From: an uncultured Gemmatimonadales bacterium
Lineage (GTDB): Bacteria; Gemmatimonadota; Gemmatimonadetes; Gemmatimonadales; GWC2-71-9
Reading direction: 5' to 3'
DNA length: 64,000 nt
Assembly (NCBI GenBank): GCA_963828735.1
Contig: CAWHFW010000002.1
Span: 480,001 to 544,000 of the forward strand
Positions 10,947 to 20,759 of the stretch are shown piece after piece. The notes under the pieces were generated by a model. The model did not search any database. It was given only the letters and a program-made list of their open reading frames with translations, and had not been told where the DNA came from. How positions within the stretch are numbered: the stretch's first letter is position 1; every line of letters starts with the position of its first letter. The position numbers and the translations under genes were made by a program.

Positions 10947-13362
10947 TCACAGCAACGACACCGGATCCCGATCGATCACGACCCGCACCTCCCCCGCGCG
11001 CGCCAACCGCGGCGCCGCGTACCGCACGATGCGGCCCAGCACCTCCGAGGAGCCCTTGAGCAGCAGGTGCCAGCGCCACCGGTCCTTGATGCGAGCGAGG
11101 GGGCACGGCGCGGGCCCCAGGAGCATGACCGGCAAGGCGTACTTCTCGAGCAGTCCCGCGCACCAGTCCGCGAGCTCCGTGGCGCGCCCGCTGACGGCGG
11201 GCTCGTCCGGGCCGGAGATGACGAAGTTCACCAGCGACGTCACCGGCGGGTACGGCGGCGACTCCCGGAGCGCGCGCTCTTCCCGGAGAAACCCCTCGGT
11301 GTCGTGGCGGGCCGACCAGACCAGGGCATGGTGGGTCGGGTGCCGGGTCTGCACGAGTACGCGCCCGCCCTTCGGCCCCCGACCCGCGCGTCCCGCGACC
11401 TGCGCCAGCAGCTGGAAGGTGCGCTCCGCCGCCCGAAAATCGGGCAGGTAGAGGCCGGTGTCGGCGTCCACCACCCCGACCAAGGTCACGTTGGGGAAGT
11501 CGAGCCCCTTGGCGATCATCTGCGTCCCGAGCAGCAGATCCACCTCGCCCGATTCGACCGCGGCAAGGATCCGCTGGTGCGACCACTTGGTGCTCGTCGT
11601 GTCCAGGTCCATGCGCGCCAGCCGGGCCTCGGGATAGCGCTCGGCGAGCAGCCGCTCCAGCTGTTGGGTGCCGAAACCGCGCATCTGCTGCACCGGGCTC
11701 GCGCAGGCGCGGCAGGTGAACGGCAGCGGCTCCTCGTGGCCGCAGTAGTGACAGCGCAGACCCGGCGGCGCCGTGTGCACCGTGAGCGAGATGGTGCAGC
11801 GTGGACACTGCCATACCTCGCCGCAGTCGGGGCACTGGAGGAAAGCGGCGTACCCCCGGCGGTTGAGGAGCAGCAGTCCCTGCTCCTTCCGCGCGAGCGT
11901 CGCCGAGGATCGCCTCGTCGAGCGCTTCGGACCAGGCGACCGCCCCCGTCCCGCTCACCTTGGGCGCGACCCGCAGGTCCACCAGCTCGACCGGCGGCAG
12001 GGGTCGCGCGCCGATCCGTTCGGGAAGTCGCAGCAGCCGGAGCCGCCCCTCCGCCAGTGCCATGGTCTCGAGGGATGGCGTCGCGCTGCCGAGGACCAGG
12101 CCGGCGCCTTCGATCCGCGCGCGGACGGCCGCCACGTCGCGGGCGTGGTATCGCGGCGTCTCGCCGTTCTTGTAGCTGGCCTCGTGCTCCTCGTCGAGCA
12201 CGATCATCCCGAGATCCTGGACCGGCGCGAACACGGCCGAGCGCGCGCCGACGGCCACCCGGCGCTGGCCTCGGCGCAGGAGCCGCCAGGCATCGGCTCG
12301 CTCGCCGTCGGACAGCGCGCTGTGGAGGACGGCGACCTGATCGCCGAAGGCGCCGCGGAGACGGCTCACCGTCTGCGGCGTGAGCCCGATCTCCGGCACC
12401 AGCACGATCGCCCCCCGGCCTGCGGCGAGCATCCGGCGAACGGCCTCGAGATACACGAGCGTCTTACCGCTACCGGTGACGCCGAACAGCACGGCGCCCT
12501 CGCCGGGCCCGAGCGACTGGACGGCCGCCAAGGCCGTCTGTTGATCGGCCGTCAGGCTGGTCGGCGGTGGTATCACGGGAAAGTCGGCGAACGGGTCGCG
12601 CAGGCGCTCGGCGCGGCCGATGCGAACGAGCCCGCGTCGCTCCAGCGCCCGAAGCACGCCCATCGCGAAGCCGAGCTGGCCGGTGACATGGCTGACCAGC
12701 ACGCTGCCGCCGAGTTGTTCGAGCGCCTCGTACAGGCGTCGCTGCTTGACCGCCCGCCGAAAGAGCGTGTCGCGCTCGAGCAGGGTCGGCGGATCGCCCG
12801 CCACGCTCGCGACGCGCTCGGTGAGCGCCGCCGCCTCGGTGTCCGGCGGCTCCACCCGCAGCGACACCGCGCCGACTCGCGCCAGCCGATCCAGCACGTC
12901 CCACACCGGCCGCTTGAGCGCCCGGGCCGCCGTGGCGACCGGCGCCTCGCCGCCGCGCTTCTCGAGCCACGCCACCACGTCCCCGGCGAGCCCGCCGGGC
13001 ACACGGGACCCCCGGACGAGCGATGCGACGACGTGCGACTCCCCCCACAGGCCTCCCGGGAGCATGCTCTTGAGGGTGAGGCCGAGGGGCGCGCCATAGT
13101 AGCCGGCCATCCAGCGGGCCGTTTCGAGCAGCCCGGCTGGGACCGCGGTGTCGACGTCCGGGGCGGCGAGGACGTCTCGGGGCGCGGCCGCAGGCGCGGG
13201 CGCGTCCGTCGCGACGACGATGCCGATCAGCTCCCGCCGGCGGACCGGAACGACGACGCGGGCGCCGGCGACCACCCGGTCGCCCAGCGTCTCGGGAATG
13301 CGGTAGGTGTACGAGGAGGCGAGCGGAAGCGGGAGGGCGACCTGAGCGAAGCGCTCGGTCAT
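10947..13362 (-). CDS. priA: Primosomal protein N' (frameshift at about 11905)
   Basis: GVTGSGKT, VPEIGLTPQ, DEEHE, SATPS, zinc-finger Cys pairs, GTQMIAKGLDFP, QVAGRAGR. Confidence 0.95.
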
Positions 13363-14384
13363 CTCGCCCGGACGCCGAGCCCGGGTCCGTCGGGCAGCGT
13401 CACCTGGCCACCGGCGATGCTCGCGCCGACGAACGGATCACTGGCGAGCAGCGCGGCACCGTCGAGATCCACGATGTCCACCAGCGGAGTGAAATGGGCG
13501 GCAGCCGTGATGCCGAGCGAGCTCTCGATCATGCACCCGACCATGACCATCATCCCGTGCGCCCGCGCGATCGCGATCATGCGGAGCGCCTCGCGAAGGC
13601 TGCCGCACTTGGCCAGCTTGATGTTGATGCCGTCCACGGCGCCGACCAGCGGCGGGATGTCGGCCGAGGTGCGGCAGCTCTCATCGGCGATCACCGGTAT
13701 GGTGGCGCGGCGGCTGATCTCCGCAAGGCCGGCGATCTGGTCGGGGGGGAGCGGCTGCTCGAGCACGGTGACGCCGAACTCCTGGAGCACGGGGAGCATC
13801 GCGATGGCCTGCTTCACCGTCCAGCCGCAGTTGGCGTCGACCCGGATCTCGCGGTCGGTCGTGTCGCGGATCGTGCGCAGGATCTCCACGTCCCGGTCGG
13901 TGCCGAGCTTGATCTTGAGGATCGGATACTCGGCGGCTTCCCGCACCTTCATCCGGATGCGCTCGGGCGTATCGAGGCCGATGGTGAACGTGGAACGCGG
14001 CGCCTTCCCCGGATCGAGGCCCCACAGGCGATATACGGGAACTCCCAGCCGCTTGCCGACGAGATCGTGGAGCGCGCCGGACAGCGCCGCCCGCGCCGAG
14101 GCGTTGATGCGGAGCATCGACTCCCACCGGCGCTCGGTCTCCTCGATGTCGAACGGATCGCACGGCATCCCGCCGACGTACACGTTGAGCGCCGCCAGCA
14201 CCGTCTCCGCCGTCTCCCCGTAGAACCGCGAGGGCGTCGCCTCGCCCCAGCCGACGTTGCCGTCGGCATCCCGCAGGCGTACCCAGATGGTCCGGTAGTC
14301 GCTCTGGCCACCCCGCGCGATGATGAACGGGTGCTTGGTGCGCAGCTCGAGATACTCGGCTTCCATGTGGAGTTGCTGGGCCAC
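13359..14384 (-). CDS. L-Ala-D/L-Glu dipeptide epimerase (enolase superfamily)
   Basis: KIKLG, VDANCGW, EQP, ADES, NIKLAKCG, GCMIES, DLDG. Confidence 0.9.
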   Translation of the reverse strand: MAQQLHMEAEYLELRTKHPFIIARGGQSDYRTIWVRLRDADGNVGWGEATPSRFYGETAETVLAALNVYVGGMPCDPFDIEETERRWESMLRINASARAALSGALHDLVGKRLGVPVYRLWGLDPGKAPRSTFTIGLDTPERIRMKVREAAEYPILKIKLGTDRDVEILRTIRDTTDREIRVDANCGWTVKQAIAMLPVLQEFGVTVLEQPLPPDQIAGLAEISRRATIPVIADESCRTSADIPPLVGAVDGINIKLAKCGSLREALRMIAIARAHGMMVMVGCMIESSLGITAAAHFTPLVDIVDLDGAALLASDPFVGASIAGGQVTLPDGPGLGVRAR

Positions 14385-14435
14385 TGGGTCCTCGTTGGTA
14401 GAGACGCGGGAGAGAGCGGACGACGGTCGACCCGG

Positions 14436-14500
14436 TCCGACAAGGGGGTCCGGCCGCCGCGCTTGCGCGCGCAGTCGGGCCGGACCCCCTCGAGGTCGGA
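14436..14500. repeat. Intergenic GC-rich inverted repeat
   Basis: GGGGGTCCGGCC...GGCCGGACCCCC 12-bp arms, flanked by TCCGAC/GTCGGA. Confidence 0.65.
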
Positions 14501-14506
14501 CGGAGT

Positions 14507-15404
14507 TTAGGCGAGCGCGAGCACGTGCGCCAGCACCCCTTCGGCCAGCCGCTCAGGCACGTAGCCCCCCTCGAGCAGCCCGACGACCGGCGCCGCGGGC
14601 AGGCGCTCGCGCAGGCGAAGGGTGAGGTCCTCGTACTGCGCGGGCTCGAGCGTGAATCCGCCCAGGGGATCGCCGAGCATCGCGTCGAAGCCGGCGGAGA
14701 CGAGCACCAGGTCGGGCACCCAGCCCGTCGTCGCCGCGGCGATTGCCGCCCAGAGGTCATCGACGTAGCGCGAGGGCGGAGCGCCCGGGCCGCGGGGCAC
14801 GTTGAACACGTTGCCCACGCCGCGCTCGTCGGCCATGCCGGTCCCGGGATACCACGGGTGCTGATGCAGCGACACGTACCGGACCGTCTCATCGTGCTCG
14901 ATCAGCGCCTGGGTGCCGTTGCCGTGATGAACGTCCCAGTCCACGATCAGCACCCGGTGTCGCCCGGCCCGCTGCGCGTGGCGGGCCGCGATGACCGCGT
15001 TCGCCACGAGGCAGAATCCCATGGCACGCGACGCGAGCGCGTGGTGTCCGGGCGGCCGCACCGCGGCGAAGGCGTTGCCATGGCCGGCGTGCGCGTGATC
15101 CACGGCGGCGAGCACGGCACCGACCGCCCCCAATGCCGCGGACCAGCTCGCGTCGTTCACGATGGTGTCGAGGAAGAGGGCCCCGCCGCCCCGCGCACTC
15201 GCGGCCGCGAGACTCTCGAGGTACTGGCGGGGATGGACGGTCAGCATCGGCTCGATCGAGGCGGCGCGATGCGTCGCGGACGTCGACACCGACCGCAGCT
15301 CGCGCCCGCTCGAGCAGAACGCGCAGCCGCGAGGGGGTTTCAGGATGATCCGGCCCGGGGTCGTGGCGGAGGCAATCCGGGTGGGTGAAGACGGAGATGG
15401 TCAC
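14507..15404 (-). CDS. Histone deacetylase-family protein (frameshift at about 15270)
   Basis: HPETPSRL, RPPGHHA, GFC, DWDVHHGNGTQ, SAGFD, LEGGY. Confidence 0.92.
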
Positions 15405-15420
15405 GAGCGCGAAACCACCG

Positions 15421-15681
15421 TTATCGGACCGGCCTCCGCCGCTTGGAAAGGACGATCAGGGCGCCGTTGGGCACGACGCCGGCGTCGGCCAGCGATCGCG
15501 ATTCGTCCTGCAGCTCGGCACCGCGGAACTTGAGCACGTACGCGGCGGGGTCCCGGATCACGCGCGTGGCCTCGAGGGCCCGGCGCTTGACCTCGGTCAG
15601 CGGCGTGGAACTCGGGAGATCCAGGCGGACCTCGTCCCACGCGTCTTGCACCATCACCCGGACGGGGAGTGTGTCGCTCAT
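15421..15681 (-). CDS. Ubiquitin-like (beta-grasp) small protein
   Basis: Pattern VK...[20 protein letters not shown]...LIVL resembles ubiquitin and YukD by eye. ATGA-coupled to the upstream gene. Confidence 0.75.
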   Translation of the reverse strand: [86 protein letters not shown]

Positions 15682-15950
15682 GCGGACAGCGCCGTGGCGG
15701 ACGGCAGCGTCGACAGGAACCGGTCCACCGCCTGATCAAACAGCAGCGTCGAGGCGCGCACGCGGGTGCCGCCCGGCGCCGGCACTACCGCCAGCGCGAT
15801 CTCTTCCCCACCCTGGCCTCGAAGCGCCAGGTACGTCGGACCCTCCTTCTCGGGGAACGCCGCCTGCAACGGCACGCGCTCGGCGAAAAACCGCTTTGCG
15901 CGGCGCAGGACTTCCGCGCCCTCGAGGGCAGTCACGACTTCGTACACCAT
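15678..15950 (-). CDS. Small hypothetical protein (90 aa)
   Basis: MVYEVVTALEGAEVLRRAKRFF...; stop overlaps the start of the next gene. Confidence 0.75.
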   Translation of the reverse strand: MVYEVVTALEGAEVLRRAKRFFAERVPLQAAFPEKEGPTYLALRGQGGEEIALAVVPAPGGTRVRASTLLFDQAVDRFLSTLPSATALSA

Positions 15951-15978
15951 GAGCGTTCCGTTGAAGTAGGGTGAGCCG

Positions 15979-16695
15979 TCACGGCGAGCCGGGAAGATAA
16001 TCGGTAGGCTCGACCACCCGCACCGCGGCGTGATAGGTCTTGGCCGGCCGGAGCAGCGCCAGAACACCAGGCTTTCGCCGAAGCACCAGCAGAACCTCTC
16101 CCGGCGGGCCGTCCGCGAGCCCTTCGAGCACGAGAAAGGACGGCAGTGTGGCATCGGGCGGGATCGCCACGTCGTAGTCGCGGCCGGCCCAATGCACCGG
16201 AACCGTCGCCGGCACTTCGCGGACGATGCGATCGAGAAACACGTCGTCCTCGACGCGCCACGCGTCGTCTCCCACGGGAGCACCGGCCAGGAAGAACGCC
16301 GGGTCGAACGCCTCCCCGTCCTGGCGGGCGTAGTTCTGCTCGACCGCCCAGTCGAACTCCTCGAGATCCGGCGCCCGCGCCCGCCACTCCAGGTGGTGGC
16401 GGAGCTCGTGGGTGAGGGTCTCGAACGCCTCTTCCCGCCAGTCGAAGCCGGGCGTGACCCGCGCGAGCGCCTTGAAGGATCCGTGATAGAGCACGACCCG
16501 GCTCTGGATACCCTCGGTCCCGGCGGCCTCGCCCACCGGCAAGGGAATGCATTCCCCCAGGGTGAAAATGCCCGGCCGCTCGGGATGCGGCACCGTTCGC
16601 GGGGAGACGACGATCTCGGCCACGCCGTCAAGGAACTCGCGGGGCACCTCGCCGGCCATCCGCACCACCATCGCTTCGAAGTCGGCCAGGCGCAT
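15979..16695 (-). CDS. Minimal zincin-like metallopeptidase with C-terminal extension
   Basis: FEAMV..M..EVP..FL, VVLYHGSF, HELRHH (HExxH). Confidence 0.85.
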   Translation of the reverse strand: MRLADFEAMVVRMAGEVPREFLDGVAEIVVSPRTVPHPERPGIFTLGECIPLPVGEAAGTEGIQSRVVLYHGSFKALARVTPGFDWREEAFETLTHELRHHLEWRARAPDLEEFDWAVEQNYARQDGEAFDPAFFLAGAPVGDDAWRVEDDVFLDRIVREVPATVPVHWAGRDYDVAIPPDATLPSFLVLEGLADGPPGEVLLVLRRKPGVLALLRPAKTYHAAVRVVEPTDYLPGSP

Positions 16696-16711
16696 GCGCT
16701 CCCCCCAACCG

Positions 16712-18049
16712 TCATTCGCCGCCGATGCGCTCCGCGACGTAGGCCGCGACCTGGTCGACCCCGACCCGCTCCTGCTGCATCGAGTCCCGGTGCCGCACGG
16801 TCACGGTCCGCTGTGCTGCCGTGTCGCCGTCGACCGTGATGCCGAACGGCGTTCCGGCCTCGTCCATCCGGCGGTAGCGCCGCCCGATGGCGCCGCTGTC
16901 GTCATAGAACGCGGGGAAGCGTCGCTTGAGATCGTGATACAGCGCCGTAGCGAGCTCCGGCATGCCGTCTTTCTTGACCAGCGGGAACACACCCGCCTTG
17001 ATGGGCGCCACCGCGGGGTGAAAGCCGAGCACGACGCGGGTCTCCCCCTCGACCGTTTCCTCCCGGTACGCATCCACCAGGAGCGTGAGGGCCACGCGGT
17101 CCGCCCCGGCCGAGGTCTCGACGATGTACGGCAGGTAGCGCTCGTTCGCCGCCTGATCGAAGTATTCGAGCTTCTTGCCCGAAAACTCCTGGTGCCGGCC
17201 GAGGTCGAAGTCGCCGCGGTTGTGGATGCCCTCGATCTCCTGCCAGCCGAACGGGAACTCGTACTGGATGTCGAACGCCGCGCGCGCGTAGTGGGCCAGC
17301 TCGTCCTTCCCGTGCTGATGCCACTGGAGCTTCGCGGGCGTGAGGCCGAGATCCGTGTGCCACCGCATGCGCCACTCGCGCCAGCGCTCGAACCAGTCGG
17401 CGTCGGTGCCCGGCTTCACGAAGAACTGCATCTCCATCTGCTCGAACTCGCGGGTCCGGAAGATGAAGTTGCCCGGCGTGATCTCGTTCCGGAACGCCTT
17501 GCCGATCTGCGCGATGCCGAACGGAATCCGCTGCCGCGAGCTCTGCAGGACGTTGAGGTAGTTGACGTAGATGCCCTGCGCCGTCTCGGGCCGGAGATAC
17601 ACCACGGCCGCCTGCTCCTCGACCGGCCCCATGAACGTCTTGAACATCAGATTGAAGAGGCGCGGCTCGGTGAGCGTCCCCTTGCTGCCGCACACGGGAC
17701 ACTGGGCGTCCGGCTGGCCGGGCGTTCCCTTGATGCGTGGGTCGTCGGCGCGAAAGCGGTTCTTGCACTGGCGGCAATCCACCAGCGGATCGGTGAAGCC
17801 GGCGACGTGGCCCGACGCCTCCCACACCCGCGGGTGCATCAGGATGGCGGCATCGAGCCCCTCGATGTCGTCGCGCGCGTGGACCATCGCACGCCACCAG
17901 CGGTCCTTCACGTTCTTCTTGAGCTCGACGCCGAGGGGACCGTAGTCCCAGACCGAGCCCAGTCCGCCATAGATCTCGGAGGACTGGAAGACGAAGCCTC
18001 GGCGCTTGCAGAGGGAGACCAGCTTGTCCATCAGGGTGGTATCGGCCAT
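16712..18049 (-). CDS. glyQS: Glycine--tRNA ligase (alpha2 type)
   Basis: [48 protein letters not shown]. Confidence 0.97.
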   Translation of the reverse strand: MADTTLMDKLVSLCKRRGFVFQSSEIYGGLGSVWDYGPLGVELKKNVKDRWWRAMVHARDDIEGLDAAILMHPRVWEASGHVAGFTDPLVDCRQCKNRFRADDPRIKGTPGQPDAQCPVCGSKGTLTEPRLFNLMFKTFMGPVEEQAAVVYLRPETAQGIYVNYLNVLQSSRQRIPFGIAQIGKAFRNEITPGNFIFRTREFEQMEMQFFVKPGTDADWFERWREWRMRWHTDLGLTPAKLQWHQHGKDELAHYARAAFDIQYEFPFGWQEIEGIHNRGDFDLGRHQEFSGKKLEYFDQAANERYLPYIVETSAGADRVALTLLVDAYREETVEGETRVVLGFHPAVAPIKAGVFPLVKKDGMPELATALYHDLKRRFPAFYDDSGAIGRRYRRMDEAGTPFGITVDGDTAAQRTVTVRHRDSMQQERVGVDQVAAYVAERIGGE

Positions 18050-18134
18050 GGAGCGCGTCGCTGTCGAGAGAGGGGGCGAGGCGAGCGAGGAAAATAGGCC
18101 GGGCCGGAGCGGTAAGGAAGCGCCAGCCGGTCTC

Positions 18135-18163
18135 TTGCGGGGCCAAAATCCCATAGATAGCTT
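18135..18163 (+). promoter_or_regulatory. Putative sigma70 promoter giving a leaderless mRNA for the PqqD-like gene
   Basis: TTGCGG-N17-TAGCTT, 6 nt before GTG at 18170. Confidence 0.5.
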
Positions 18164-18169
18164 TGTGAT

Positions 18170-18451
18170 GTGCAAAACTCACTGCGCCGGGCTCGGTATC
18201 CCCACGCCCGCGCCGACCTGACCTTCCGACCCGTCGAGGGGCACTTCGCCCTTACCGACCGCGCCGGTGCACAGACCGAACTGTTGACGCTCGCCGCCGC
18301 CCTCGTCTGGACCTACTGCGATGGCCGCCACGCCCCCGAGGCCATCGCCAAGGCGATCGCGCGCGCGCTCCCCGAGGCGGCCGAGGATGCCTCGGAGCGG
18401 GTGGCGGCCCTGCTGTCCCGGTTCCGCAGCAAGGGGATATTGAGCATCTAG
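18170..18451 (+). CDS. PqqD-family / RiPP recognition element protein
   Basis: [16 protein letters not shown]....IA..I......DV..LL..F...G.L pattern; 93 aa. Confidence 0.75.
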   Translation: MQNSLRRARYPHARADLTFRPVEGHFALTDRAGAQTELLTLAAALVWTYCDGRHAPEAIAKAIARALPEAAEDASERVAALLSRFRSKGILSI

Positions 18452-18593
18452 AGACTCGGCACCGACTTTGAGAACGCCCGAGCCCTCCTGGCCAGCGCTG
18501 GGAGGGCCTTTCCACGTCTGGCCCGAAGGTCCGGCTCTTCGGATCTGCCTACCGCCCGCGCTTTCTGCCCCGTCGAGGCTCGTGGTGCCTGAT

Positions 18594-18636
18594 CGTCAAG
18601 ATCAACAGACACAATGAGTTACGGTTGATCTCGACG
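18594..18636. promoter_or_regulatory. Inverted repeat enclosing an IHF-like site upstream of the HEAT/HD-GYP operon
   Basis: CGTCAAGATCAAC-N17-GTTGATCTCGACG (12/13 match); core contains CAATGAGTTA. Confidence 0.55.
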
Positions 18637-18683
18637 TGGCGGAGAACTTGCACGTGCAGATTCGACCCCTCCACCGGCCAGCC

Positions 18684-20759
18684 ATGGGCTCCACGCCAGA
18701 GGGAGGCGACTCCCTCACCCACGCCGCGGGCGCGCGCTCGGTCGCGACCCTGTCCCGGGACTTGGCGGATTTTCTCGTCGAGTTCTCCATCGTGCTGCAC
18801 AAGCGCGCGATGTACCCTCTGGGGCATCCCCACCTCCAGGAATCCACCTCTCGATTCGTCGACCGGCTCGAGTCCCTCCTCTCCCCGAGGGAGTCCCTGG
18901 CCATCGGCATCGCCCGCCAGCAACTCATCGTGGCCGGGACCGCTACCAATCCGCGCAACGCCCTGCTCAGCGACCTCGCCCGACGCTTTCACCGGCACCG
19001 CATCGCGACGGTGCGCTTCGACCGCGGGGTGGGCCTGCAGGAGATCGACGACCTGCTGGCGGGCGTGGCGGCCGATCCGCAGGGCGAGGCCGGGCCGTTC
19101 GGTCTCCGTCCCGGTGTGGGCGCCGCGTGGGTGCACCTTCGGATCCAGCCGCCCGAGCTCACCCGCATGTTCCTGCAGGACGACGACGAGCCTGCCGAGC
19201 GGCCGGAGACGCCGGCCGGCGCGCTCTGGCTCGGCCTCGCTCACCTCGCGCTGTCGGGGGACGGTAGCCCGACGGACGACGCCGAGGATCCCCTGCTCGT
19301 CGCCCGCGCCATCGACGCCCAGCCGGAGCAGGTGGCGTACGACCGGGTGGTGCTCGACTACCTGAACCAGATCGCCGACGAGATGTCCGGTCGCCACGGC
19401 GCATGGGAGCCGCGGATTCGCGAGCGGGTCTCGCGATTGGTCACCTCGCTCAAGCCCGAAACGCTTCGCCGCGTGCTGGAGGCCGCTACCAACGACGACG
19501 AGCGCCGCCAGTTCGCGCTCACCGCCTCACAGGTTCTGGCCGTCGAGGCGGTTATCGAGGTCGTAGAGGCCGCGGCGGCCACGAGCGGGCAGACGATCTC
19601 GCACCAGCTGTTGCGCCTGCTGCACAAGTTCGCCCAACACGCCGAGAGCGGCCCGGAAGGCGTGCGCGCGGAGGCGGAATCCACGCTTCGCGAGAACGTC
19701 GCGCAGCTGCTCAAGGGGTGGGCGCTGGAAGACCCGAATCCGGGCGCCTACACGGCCGTCCTCGAGGGCATGGTGCGGCAGTCCCCCCAGACACACACCG
19801 CGGCGGACGGGCAGCTCGACTGCGAGCCCGACACGCTGCTGCAGCTGGCTCTGGAGCTGGACTGCGTGGGACCGCGGGTCGAGCATGCGCTCGACATGCT
19901 GATCGAGACCAATCGGGTCCCCGCCGCGCTCGACCTGCTTCGCGCAGCGCCCGCCGAGGCGAGCGCGACCGCGGAAACGCTGTGGCGTCGCCTGGCGACG
20001 CCGGGCCGACTCGAGGCGGCGATCGGCGCCGACCAACCGGACTTCGCGACGATCGAGGGGCTGGTGGCTCGACTCGGCCCGATGGCGACCGAGCCGCTGC
20101 TCGACCTGCTCGAGCGGGCGACGATCAGCTCGGTCCGTGGCCGCGCGCTCCGCCTGCTGGTCGAGATCGGCCCATCGGTGGCGCCGGCCGCCGTGGCTCG
20201 GCTCAAGGACGCCCCCTGGTACGTGCAACGCAACGTGCTGGCCCTGCTCCGCACCCTGCACGTCTGGCCACCGGACTTCTCGGCTGTGTCGTACGCGCGA
20301 CATCCCGAGCCTCGGCTGCGCCGGGAGGCCTACCGCCTGCTGCTCGACTTTCCACCCCACCGGGCATCCGCCATCGCGCACGGCCTGGACGACTCCAGCG
20401 CCGACATTGTGACCCTCGTGCTGCGCGCCGCCGTGGACGACTGTCCGCGTGAGGCTCTGCGAGCCCTCGAGCGATTCACCGAGGACCGTCGCCGCCCGGC
20501 CGAGCTTCGCGCGCTCGCGGTTCGCGCAGTCGCCCGCGATGGGGGCGTGCAGGCCGTGCCCAGGCTGTTGCAGCTCGCCGGGGCCCGCCGCTCCTTCTTC
20601 GGGTGGCGGTTGGACGCCAGCACGCCCGTCGCCCTCGCCGCCGTCTCGGCGCTCGCACGGTACTTCGGCGCCGATCCGCACGTGGCGGGGTTGCTCCAGG
20701 CCGCGCGCGAGCACAGTAACGCGGACATCCGTCTCGCCGCGCGGATGCGTTCCGCATGA
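18684..20759 (+). CDS. HEAT-repeat protein
   Basis: Helical repeats, LKDAPWYVQRNVLALL, HPEPRLRREA; N-terminal YPLGHP domain. Confidence 0.85.
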   Translation: MGSTPEGGDSLTHAAGARSVATLSRDLADFLVEFSIVLHKRAMYPLGHPHLQESTSRFVDRLESLLSPRESLAIGIARQQLIVAGTATNPRNALLSDLARRFHRHRIATVRFDRGVGLQEIDDLLAGVAADPQGEAGPFGLRPGVGAAWVHLRIQPPELTRMFLQDDDEPAERPETPAGALWLGLAHLALSGDGSPTDDAEDPLLVARAIDAQPEQVAYDRVVLDYLNQIADEMSGRHGAWEPRIRERVSRLVTSLKPETLRRVLEAATNDDERRQFALTASQVLAVEAVIEVVEAAAATSGQTISHQLLRLLHKFAQHAESGPEGVRAEAESTLRENVAQLLKGWALEDPNPGAYTAVLEGMVRQSPQTHTAADGQLDCEPDTLLQLALELDCVGPRVEHALDMLIETNRVPAALDLLRAAPAEASATAETLWRRLATPGRLEAAIGADQPDFATIEGLVARLGPMATEPLLDLLERATISSVRGRALRLLVEIGPSVAPAAVARLKDAPWYVQRNVLALLRTLHVWPPDFSAVSYARHPEPRLRREAYRLLLDFPPHRASAIAHGLDDSSADIVTLVLRAAVDDCPREALRALERFTEDRRRPAELRALAVRAVARDGGVQAVPRLLQLAGARRSFFGWRLDASTPVALAAVSALARYFGADPHVAGLLQAAREHSNADIRLAARMRSA

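Noticed and set aside
18168..18221. Short Cys-containing peptide [17 protein letters not shown] as a RiPP precursor for the PqqD protein
   Set aside because: It overlaps the PqqD-like ORF out of frame, has no RBS or leader pattern, and no modifying enzyme is nearby.
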